This document shows, in pieces, positions 22,254 to 29,754 of a DNA stretch of 64,000 nt; the first letter of the stretch is position 1, and the number at the start of each line of letters is the position of its first letter. The notes under the pieces were generated by a model. That model saw only the letters and a list, made by a program, of their open reading frames with translations, did no database searches and was not told the DNA's origin. A program made the translations under genes and the position numbers. Source of the stretch: Pseudomonadota bacterium (GTDB lineage: Bacteria; Pseudomonadota; Gammaproteobacteria; Acidithiobacillales; Acidithiobacillaceae); the NCBI GenBank assembly GCA_021794385.1, contig JAJYQY010000086.1, positions 3,216-67,215 on the forward strand. Direction: 5' to 3'.

Positions 22254-22719
22254 GTCTCCATTCTGCCAGCAGTGCGAGGGCGCGACGCCCCACGTCGGGC
22301 AAGACCTGCGCCAGCGGCGGGCTCAGGGTGTCGCTCCAACCGATTTCCCAGGGTTGGATCCCGAGCAAGGCCCGCCGCGCCGGAAGACAACCGCACAGGC
22401 GGGCCATGTCCAGCAATTCGCCCAGTCCGACTTCGTGGACGCTGCTGGCCTTGGGGCGAACCAGCAGGCGATCCATTTCCTCCCCTTGGAGAACCGTGAC
22501 CCGTCCCGCCTTGAACCCCAATTCCATGGCATCAACTACAAGCAAGGCATCCACCCCTTCCAGCAGCGTGACGAGCAGCAGGGAGCCGATCGTGCCCCCG
22601 TCCAGGAAAACGGCGCCGGTATTCGGCGCATGCTCTGCGAGCCAGCGGACGACATATACACCCATGCCGTCGTCCCCTTGCAAGATGTTGCCCAACCCCA
22701 GCACCAGAATCCCCCCCAT
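22240..22719 (-). CDS. Hydrogenase maturation endopeptidase (HyaD/HupD family)
   Basis: LGLGNILQGDDGMG, LDGGT, VDA and SVHEVGL motifs. Confidence 0.92.
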   Translation of the reverse strand: MGGILVLGLGNILQGDDGMGVYVVRWLAEHAPNTGAVFLDGGTIGSLLLVTLLEGVDALLVVDAMELGFKAGRVTVLQGEEMDRLLVRPKASSVHEVGLGELLDMARLCGCLPARRALLGIQPWEIGWSDTLSPPLAQVLPDVGRRALALLAEWRHEAH

Positions 22720-22958
22720 GATTTTTGTTTAGTTCACAGGATAATCCCTGTCAAGGAAGCCGAGTCGTCTGAACGGTCTCGTTGGAACGCTACGATGAAA
22801 ATAAAATTACGGCGGTGCGGTCCGCTGTTTGAACGCCGTGGCGAGGCATTTGTCCACGCCAGACAGAGGTGGTGGACCAATACAGCGGCTTGCAGGCCGG
22901 TACGATGTAGGCCCATCATAGGGACCTTTGCAAGCTGCAAGAAGTCGCTGATGGGGGG

Positions 22959-23540
22959 TTGATGCAGAATAAAACCGGTCGGGTAGCGAACGCTTGGCAT
23001 TTCACCCGCGAGTTTTTCAGAGATCCGCAAGCCATCGGTGCGGTGGTGCCCAGTTCCCCCTTTCTGGCACGGCGGATGGCGAGCCTCGTGCCGCCCGGTC
23101 CGGGGCTGGTCCTAGAGCTGGGTCCGGGCATGGGGCCCGTCACTGCGGCGCTTCTGGAAAGGGGCGTAAACCCGGCGGACCTGATCCTGGTGGAACGCTC
23201 GCCGCGCCTCGCCCGGCATTTGTGCCATCGTTTTCCGGGTGTTGAAGTCCTGCAAGGGGATGCCGCCGACCTCCAGACCCTGCTGGCCGGCCGCGAAGCG
23301 GTACGCGCGGTGGTGTCGAGCCTGCCCCTGCGCAGCATGCCCCGGGAGGTGGTGCAACGGATTTTGCAACGCCTGCCGGCCATCAGTCGACCCGGCACCG
23401 TTTTTATCCAGTTTACCTACCATTTTCGCAGCTCCTGCCAGGAACTGCCGACGGGATTCGAACGCGGCCGCGCCAGCGTGGTCTGGCGTAATCTGCCGCC
23501 GGCGCGGGTGGACGCCTTTACCTTCCGCGCTCCGAGCTGA
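22959..23540 (+). CDS. Phospholipid N-methyltransferase-like (PmtA-type) SAM-dependent methyltransferase
   Basis: IGAVVPSS, VLELGPGMG, VVSSLPL, IQFTY and VWRNLPPA motifs. Confidence 0.8.
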   Translation: MMQNKTGRVANAWHFTREFFRDPQAIGAVVPSSPFLARRMASLVPPGPGLVLELGPGMGPVTAALLERGVNPADLILVERSPRLARHLCHRFPGVEVLQGDAADLQTLLAGREAVRAVVSSLPLRSMPREVVQRILQRLPAISRPGTVFIQFTYHFRSSCQELPTGFERGRASVVWRNLPPARVDAFTFRAPS

Positions 23541-23600
23541 GATCAGCAGAAAAATCCCAGTAAAGACACGGCATCGTGGCCGAGTTGTGCCGTCCCCGCC

Positions 23601-24497
23601 ATGAGCCATAATAGCAGCATGCACCAGCACAAACGGCACGGCATTACCTTGGTCCTGGGCTCCGGCGGCGCCCGGGGGCTGGCCCATGTGGGCGTGCTCC
23701 GGGCGCTGGAGGAGATGCAGGTTCCCATTGCTGCGGTGGTGGGCTGCTCCATCGGCGCCCAGATCGGGGCGCTCTATTGTGCCGGCATCCCCGTTGCAGA
23801 CCTGGAGATGGAAGCACAGGCCATGCGCTGGTGGGAGGCGTTGCGCCTTTTTTTCCCGGACTTCGGCAGCGGGGGGTTGAGCAGCGGTGGCGCCATCGAG
23901 GGCTATCTCCGCCAGCGCCTCGGGGATCGCGACATCCGGGATTTTGCCACCCCCTTTGCCTGCGTCGCCACGGATCTCGTGGAGGGCCGCGAGGTGGTTC
24001 TCACCGAGGGCCCGGCGCTGGCTGCCGTGCGCGCCAGCATCGCCCTGCCCGTGGTCCTCAGCCCGCAACGGCTGGCAGGGCGTATACTCGCCGATGGCGG
24101 TCTGGTGGACCCCGTTCCCGTAGCCGTTGCCAGGGCCCTTTTTCCGGGACCGCTGCTGGCGGTGCTGGTGCATGTGGCCACGCAACATGACGAACCTTGG
24201 CCGCCGCGGGAAAACGGCATTCTGCCTCGCATCAATCTATTCAACCGGGGCGAGGATTGGGTATCTGTCCTACCCTATCCCAATCTCGTCCAGACCATGC
24301 GGCGCGCGGTGGAAATCATGCAGAGCCGCATCGTGGAGATGCAACTCCAGACGAGTCCGGCGGATTTGACCTTGCAACCGAAACTGGGGAACATCCTCGC
24401 CTTGGAGTTTCACAAGGGAGAGGCGGCTGTGGCAGCAGGTTATCGGGTAGCTCGGGAGGCGGCAGCCGAGATCATGGCGTTGCTGCAGCGTGAATAG
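23601..24497 (+). CDS. Patatin-like phospholipase (RssA-like)
   Basis: LGSGGARG, GCSIG and DGG motifs. Confidence 0.9.
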   Translation: MSHNSSMHQHKRHGITLVLGSGGARGLAHVGVLRALEEMQVPIAAVVGCSIGAQIGALYCAGIPVADLEMEAQAMRWWEALRLFFPDFGSGGLSSGGAIEGYLRQRLGDRDIRDFATPFACVATDLVEGREVVLTEGPALAAVRASIALPVVLSPQRLAGRILADGGLVDPVPVAVARALFPGPLLAVLVHVATQHDEPWPPRENGILPRINLFNRGEDWVSVLPYPNLVQTMRRAVEIMQSRIVEMQLQTSPADLTLQPKLGNILALEFHKGEAAVAAGYRVAREAAAEIMALLQRE

Positions 24498-25014
24498 GCG
24501 GGAGCGCGGCGCAGTCACGGTGCGCCACCATGCGCCGTGGGCCCTGTGGCCATGGCTGGCGCTGCCCGCCTCCCTCACTGCCGCCCTGCGCCGCGCCTAC
24601 GGCCGCAGCGATACTCCCCGGGTCATCTTGCTGGGCAGCGGGCGCTGCGTCGCCCGGCAGGAGGAGCGCCGGCACCTGCGCCTGCACCGGGGCGAGCGGG
24701 TTTTTTGGCGGGAAGTCCTGCTCCATGGAGGGGATGCCGCCAGGCCCGCCCTCTGGGCACGCACCACGGTTCCCCTCCGCGGCCTGCGCCAGGGACTTTT
24801 ACCGCTGACCCGCCAGGGTACCCGACCCATTGGCGACCTGCTCTTCCGCCACCGCCGTCTGCGCCGCTCGCCCATCGTCGTGGAGCGCCGACGCCGGCAA
24901 CGGGCATGGTCGTGGTCACGGCGCTCCATCCTGCAGCGGGGTCCATCCCAGGTCCTCGTCGCGGAGCGCTTCAGCCAGCACGTACCGGCCTGGCATGGCC
25001 GGGGGCGGCGCTGA
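24490..25014 (+). CDS. ubiC: Chorismate pyruvate-lyase
   Basis: SLTAAL, REVLL, ARTTVP, GTRPIGDLLF and RRS motifs. Coupled to ubiA by TGATG. Confidence 0.8.
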   Translation: MNRRERGAVTVRHHAPWALWPWLALPASLTAALRRAYGRSDTPRVILLGSGRCVARQEERRHLRLHRGERVFWREVLLHGGDAARPALWARTTVPLRGLRQGLLPLTRQGTRPIGDLLFRHRRLRRSPIVVERRRRQRAWSWSRRSILQRGPSQVLVAERFSQHVPAWHGRGRR

Positions 25015-25880
25015 TGCCGCGCGCTTTTCCCCGGAAAAAATGGCAGGCCTATGCTGCCTTGATGCGGATCGACCGCCCCATCGGCACCCTGCTGCTCCTC
25101 TGGCCCACCTATTGGGCCCTGTGGCTGGCTGCCGGAGGCAATCCGTCCCTAGAGCTGTTTTTGATTTTCACCGTCGGCACCTTCCTCATGCGCTCGGCCG
25201 GCTGCGTGATCAATGATTATTTCGATCGGGACTTCGACCGCCAGGTAGCCCGCACCTGCAACCGTCCCCTAGCCGCGGGCGTGATCACGCCGCAGGAGGC
25301 CCTGGTCCTCTTCCTCCTGCTCTGCCTGGGGGCAGCGGCTCTGCTGCCTTTCCTCAATAGCCTGACCATCCTGCTGGCCGGGGGCGCGGTGCTGGTGACG
25401 GTGACCTATCCCCTCTTCAAACGTTTCACCCATTTGCCTCAGGCCTATCTGGGGCTGGCCTTTTCCTTCGGCATCCCCATGGCCTTTGCCGCCCAGACCG
25501 GCCGCGTTCCGGCCCTGGCGTGGTGGCTCATGCTCGCCAATGCCTGCTGGGTACTGGCCTATGACACCGCTTATGCCATGGCCGATCGGCCCGATGACCT
25601 CAAAATCGGGGTCAAGTCCAGCGCCATCCTCTTCGGTCGCTACGACCGCCTGGCCATTGCCGGTTTTCATGGGGTGATGCTGCTCATTCTCGGCCTGATT
25701 GGCCTGGATCTGCAGCTCCATTGGCCCTATTTCCTTGGCCTGTTGCTGGCAGCTCTGCTGGCCACCCATGAGCAGTCCTTGCTGGGCGGTGATCGCGATC
25801 AGGCCTTGCGCGCCTTTCTCCACAACAACTGGCTGGGCATGGTCATTTTCTGGGGCATCATGGGCGGTCTAGGCCATTGA
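25014..25880 (+). CDS. ubiA: 4-hydroxybenzoate polyprenyltransferase
   Basis: LMRIDRPIGTLLLLWP, RSAGCVINDYFDRDFD and YDTAYAMADRPDD motifs. Confidence 0.96.
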   Translation: MPRAFPRKKWQAYAALMRIDRPIGTLLLLWPTYWALWLAAGGNPSLELFLIFTVGTFLMRSAGCVINDYFDRDFDRQVARTCNRPLAAGVITPQEALVLFLLLCLGAAALLPFLNSLTILLAGGAVLVTVTYPLFKRFTHLPQAYLGLAFSFGIPMAFAAQTGRVPALAWWLMLANACWVLAYDTAYAMADRPDDLKIGVKSSAILFGRYDRLAIAGFHGVMLLILGLIGLDLQLHWPYFLGLLLAALLATHEQSLLGGDRDQALRAFLHNNWLGMVIFWGIMGGLGH

Positions 25881-25912
25881 TCGCACAACTCAAGACCGGC
25901 TTTCTCCAGTAT

Positions 25913-26123
25913 TCGCCCACAAACTTATACACAGTTTACTTCTGTGTCCATTTCCACGTCGCAACTTTGCCCAAGCCCAGCAAAAAAATTGTAACCAACT
26001 GTTTTTGCTATATTTATGGTATTGCCACTTTTTTAGGCATGGAGGCTGAAGCCTTACGGAATGGGGCCTCTGGCAGGTTCTCCGGCGCCCATGCACAGAG
26101 TTATCCACAGATCGTGTGGGCAA
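25913..26123. promoter_or_regulatory. Two DnaA-box clusters flanking an AT-richer spacer upstream of priA
   Basis: Consensus boxes TTATACACA (25925-25933) and TTATCCACA (26101-26109), each preceded at 3-bp spacing by a degenerate box. Inverted box TGTGGGCAA at 26115-26123. Confidence 0.7.
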
Positions 26124-26127
26124 CTGT

Positions 26128-28281
26128 ATGAATCATGAAACATCCTGCCTTCAGGTAGCCGTTTTTGCTCCATTGCGGCGTACATTTTCCTATGCCTGCC
26201 CCGAGTCGGGCCCCTTGCCCGCAGGCGTCCGGGTGCAAGTACCCTTTGCCGCAGGCAGCCGGATAGCCATTGTCCTCGGCATGGGTCCCTGCCCGCCCGG
26301 AGTGGAGGTCAAGGCCATCCAGGCGGTACTGGACAGCACCCCCATCCTCGGCCCCGCCTTGCAGCGACTCATTGCCTTCGGCGCGGCCTATTACCAGCAT
26401 GCCGTTGGCGATGTCTGGGCAACGGCCCTGCCCGCTGCCCTGCGCAAGGGCCAGCCCCTGCCGGAGATAGCCGCCTCCTACCGCCTCAGCGCAGCCGGAT
26501 GCGCGGCCCTCCAGCAGGTGCGTGGCAAACGCCAGCGCGCCCTCCTGGAGGCCTTGCAGATGGCCGGGATGCTGTCGCCTGCCACCTTGGCCGAAGGCTT
26601 GCGTCCGGCCCTGCGCGAGGCCGTGCGCCGCGGCTGGGCGCAGGCCGTAGCAGCACCCATCCCGGAGTTCATCTGCACCGACTCCCCGTTTCATCTGCAC
26701 CAGGAGCAGCAGGCGGCAGTGGACATCCTCCGTGCCGCCCAGGGCTTTTCCCCCGTTCTCCTGCAGGGGGTTACGGGCAGCGGCAAGACCGAGGTCTATC
26801 TGGAGACCCTGCGCCCCCGCCTGGAGGCGGGGGCGCAGGCCCTGGTCCTGGTGCCGGAAATCAGTCTCACGCCGCAACTGCTGGGCCGCTTTGCCCAACG
26901 CTTTGGCGAGGAACAGGTGGCGGCCCTGCATTCGGGACAAAGCGATGGCGAGCGGCTGCGCATCTGGGCAGCCGCTCGGGAAGGGCGATTGCGGGTCATC
27001 ATCGGCACCCGTTCCGCCGTTTTCGTGCCCCTGCCCAGACTCGCCATGATCGTGGTCGATGAAGAGCACGATCCCTCCTTCAAGCAGCAAACGGGCTGGC
27101 ATTATTCGGCGCGTGACCTGGCCATTCAGCGGGCCCGCCTGGAAGGCTGCCCGATCGTCCTCGGGTCCGCCACGCCCTCTCTGGAAAGCCTGTACAATGT
27201 CGCTCTGGGGCGCTATGGGATCATCCACCTGCGCCAACGGGCCGGCGGCGCCCAGGCGCCGGCCATCGAGATCCTGCCCCTGCGCCGCCAAGGTTTGCAG
27301 GGCGGCCTGTCCGGGGCCTTGCTGGCGGCCTGCGGCGACACCCTCGCTGCCGGGAATCAGGTGCTCCTCTTCCTCAACCGCCGCGGCTATGCCCCCGCCC
27401 TCCTTTGCCACGACTGCGGCCACGTCTTCCCTTGTCCGCGCTGTGCCGCAGCGCTGACCTGGCACCGCCGCGATGGCCGCCTGCGCTGCCATCACTGCGG
27501 CCATGAAGAGCGGCTGCCCGCAGCCTGCCCGCAGTGCGGCAGCGCCGCCCTCATCAGCGCCGGTCAGGGCACCGAGCAGATTGAAGACGTCCTGCGCGAG
27601 CGCTTTCCCGAGACCCCCATCTGGCGCGTGGACCGCGACGCCCTGCGGGGCCGGGAGGCCTTGGAAAATATCGTGCGCGAGGTGCGCCGCGACGAGCCCG
27701 CCATCCTCGTGGGCACCCAGATCCTCGCCAAGGGCCATCACTTTCCGGCGGTGACCCTGGTGGGTATCGTCAATACCGATCAGGGCCTGTTCAGCGCCGA
27801 TTTCCGTGCCCCCGAGCGCCTCCTGCAAACCGTCCTGCAGGTAGCGGGCAGAGCCGGCAGGGCAGAGCGCCCCGGACGCGTCCTCCTCCAGACCCACCAC
27901 CCCGAGCATCCCCTCCTCCAGGCCCTGCTCCACGGGGATTACAGCACGCCCGCGGCGGCCCTGCTGGCGGAACGGGTGGCTGCAGGACTGCCCCCCGCCA
28001 CCGCCCTGGCCGTCCTCCGCGCCGAGGCCCACCAGCGCAGTCGCGTGGAGGCATTTTTGCAGGCGGCCGCCGCCCTCGCCCCCGCAGGGCTGGAAGTCAG
28101 CGGTCCCCTTCCTTCCCTCCTGGAACGCCGTGCCGGCTTTGAACGCGCCGAACTCTGGGCCCAGGCCGGCGCCCGCGCCGCCCTGCAGCGCCTCCTCACG
28201 ACCTGGCTGAAAGCAGTAGAGGCATTGCCCCAGGCGCGTCAGGTGCGCTGGCAGATCGATGTGGACCCCTTGTCCTTTTAA
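26128..28281 (+). CDS. priA: Primosomal protein N' (replication restart helicase)
   Basis: GVTGSGKTEVY, VDEEHD, LNRRGY, Cys-rich zinc module and C-terminal IDVDP. Confidence 0.97.
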   Translation: MNHETSCLQVAVFAPLRRTFSYACPESGPLPAGVRVQVPFAAGSRIAIVLGMGPCPPGVEVKAIQAVLDSTPILGPALQRLIAFGAAYYQHAVGDVWATALPAALRKGQPLPEIAASYRLSAAGCAALQQVRGKRQRALLEALQMAGMLSPATLAEGLRPALREAVRRGWAQAVAAPIPEFICTDSPFHLHQEQQAAVDILRAAQGFSPVLLQGVTGSGKTEVYLETLRPRLEAGAQALVLVPEISLTPQLLGRFAQRFGEEQVAALHSGQSDGERLRIWAAAREGRLRVIIGTRSAVFVPLPRLAMIVVDEEHDPSFKQQTGWHYSARDLAIQRARLEGCPIVLGSATPSLESLYNVALGRYGIIHLRQRAGGAQAPAIEILPLRRQGLQGGLSGALLAACGDTLAAGNQVLLFLNRRGYAPALLCHDCGHVFPCPRCAAALTWHRRDGRLRCHHCGHEERLPAACPQCGSAALISAGQGTEQIEDVLRERFPETPIWRVDRDALRGREALENIVREVRRDEPAILVGTQILAKGHHFPAVTLVGIVNTDQGLFSADFRAPERLLQTVLQVAGRAGRAERPGRVLLQTHHPEHPLLQALLHGDYSTPAAALLAERVAAGLPPATALAVLRAEAHQRSRVEAFLQAAAALAPAGLEVSGPLPSLLERRAGFERAELWAQAGARAALQRLLTTWLKAVEALPQARQVRWQIDVDPLSF

Positions 28282-28293
28282 TCCTAAAACGGC

Positions 28294-29364
28294 TCAAGGG
28301 CCATCGGGATCGGTCAGGGTGGCGTAATACTCGGCGAAGGCCGGGGCAACCCGGGGGAAGACCGCCAAAAGCTCCGGATCGAAATGCCCCGGCTTGACCC
28401 GCCCGTCGCCCTTGAGGATGATCTCCACGGATCTTGCATGGTCGAAAGGGCCTTTGTAAGGGCGGCGGCTACGCAGGGCGTCGTAGATGTCGGCCAGGAC
28501 CATCATGCGCGCGCACAAGGGGATCTCCTCGCCCTTGCGGCCCAGAGGGTAGCCGCTCCCGTCCCAGTGTTCATGATGCCCCAGGGCGATTTCCCGACCC
28601 ATCTGCAACTCCGGCGATCCGCTCTGTTGGCCGATGATATTGGCGCCCAGGGTGGTATGGGTGCGCATGATGGCCCACTCCTCGGCGTCGAGGGGGCCGG
28701 GTTTGAGCAGGACCCGGTCGGGGATCCCGATCTTCCCCACATCATGCATGGGGCTCGCCACGAAAATGAGGTCGGCAAAATCCGCCGCCATCCCCAGGCG
28801 TTGCGCCAACTCTTTGCAATAATAGGCGATGCGCTGTACATGGGCGCCGGTTTCCTCGTCCTTTTTCTCGGCGGCGCGGATGAGCGTCTGGATGGTCTGC
28901 AGATAGCTGTCGTGCAACTGGGCCGTGCGCTGGCGGACCGTCTCCTCCAAGGTCTCGTTATTCCGCCGGATGCGGTCGCTGTATTCCTTGAGCCGCAGGA
29001 TATTGCGTACCCGCACCCGCAGTTCGGCCCGGTCGATGGGTTTGCCAAGGAAGTCATCCACCCCGGCCTCCAGGGCACGCAAACGGGTTTCGCGGTCATC
29101 GAGGGCAGTGACGATGATGACGGGGAGCGTCGCGTAACGGGAGTCCGCCTTGAGCCGGGCCGCCAGATCGAAACCGCTCATCCCCGGCATCATGCCATCG
29201 GTGAGGACCAGGTCCGGCTGGCGCTCCTGCAACTGTTCCAGGGCCTCCCGGGCACTAGCGACCGACAGCACTTCATAAGCATCGGCCTGGAGCAGGGCGG
29301 TCAGGAGACGGCGGCTGCTCGCTTCATCATCCACCACCAGCAGCAACGGGCTATGTTCGGGCAT
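28294..29364 (-). CDS. Response regulator with HD-GYP c-di-GMP phosphodiesterase (RpfG-like)
   Basis: REC domain (VVDD, LTDGMMP, KP) plus HDVGK and HHEHWDGSGYP. Confidence 0.92.
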   Translation of the reverse strand: MPEHSPLLLVVDDEASSRRLLTALLQADAYEVLSVASAREALEQLQERQPDLVLTDGMMPGMSGFDLAARLKADSRYATLPVIIVTALDDRETRLRALEAGVDDFLGKPIDRAELRVRVRNILRLKEYSDRIRRNNETLEETVRQRTAQLHDSYLQTIQTLIRAAEKKDEETGAHVQRIAYYCKELAQRLGMAADFADLIFVASPMHDVGKIGIPDRVLLKPGPLDAEEWAIMRTHTTLGANIIGQQSGSPELQMGREIALGHHEHWDGSGYPLGRKGEEIPLCARMMVLADIYDALRSRRPYKGPFDHARSVEIILKGDGRVKPGHFDPELLAVFPRVAPAFAEYYATLTDPDGP

Positions 29365-29743
29365 CGGCTTCACCTCTTGCCTGGAGAAGCCGGGCCACGG
29401 CTTCCAGAAGCGATTCATGACGGATGGGCTTGCCGAGATAGGCATCGCAACCGGCGGCGAGGATGCACTCTTCGTCCCCTTTCATGGCCAGGGCCGTCAG
29501 GGCCATGATGGGGATCCCCCGCGTCGCAGGATCCTCCTTGAGGAGGCGGGTGGCGGCGAGTCCGTCCATGCCGGGCAGATGGATATCCATGAGGATGAGG
29601 TCGGGATGCTCGCTACGCGCCAGGGCGATCCCCTGTTCCGCGTCTGCGGCGGGCGAAACCGCATAACCCGCCTTGCTCAGGATGATCTCCACCAACTTGC
29701 GGTTGACCGCATTGTCCTCGACAATCACGATCCTCTTGGGCAA
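29351..29743 (-). CDS. Single-domain response regulator (DivK/CheY-like)
   Basis: IVEDN, LILMDIHLPGMDG, ALTALAM and KP motifs. TTG start with RBS GGAGGAG. Confidence 0.9.
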   Translation of the reverse strand: MPKRIVIVEDNAVNRKLVEIILSKAGYAVSPAADAEQGIALARSEHPDLILMDIHLPGMDGLAATRLLKEDPATRGIPIMALTALAMKGDEECILAAGCDAYLGKPIRHESLLEAVARLLQARGEADART

Positions 29744-29754
29744 GGTGCTCCTCC

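Noticed and set aside
25877-26131. 84-aa ORF between ubiA and priA, or the region as oriC
   Set aside because: The ORF has atypical composition and overlies the DnaA boxes. An oriC call is unsupported: only two consensus boxes, no clear unwinding repeats, and no dnaA or gidA nearby.
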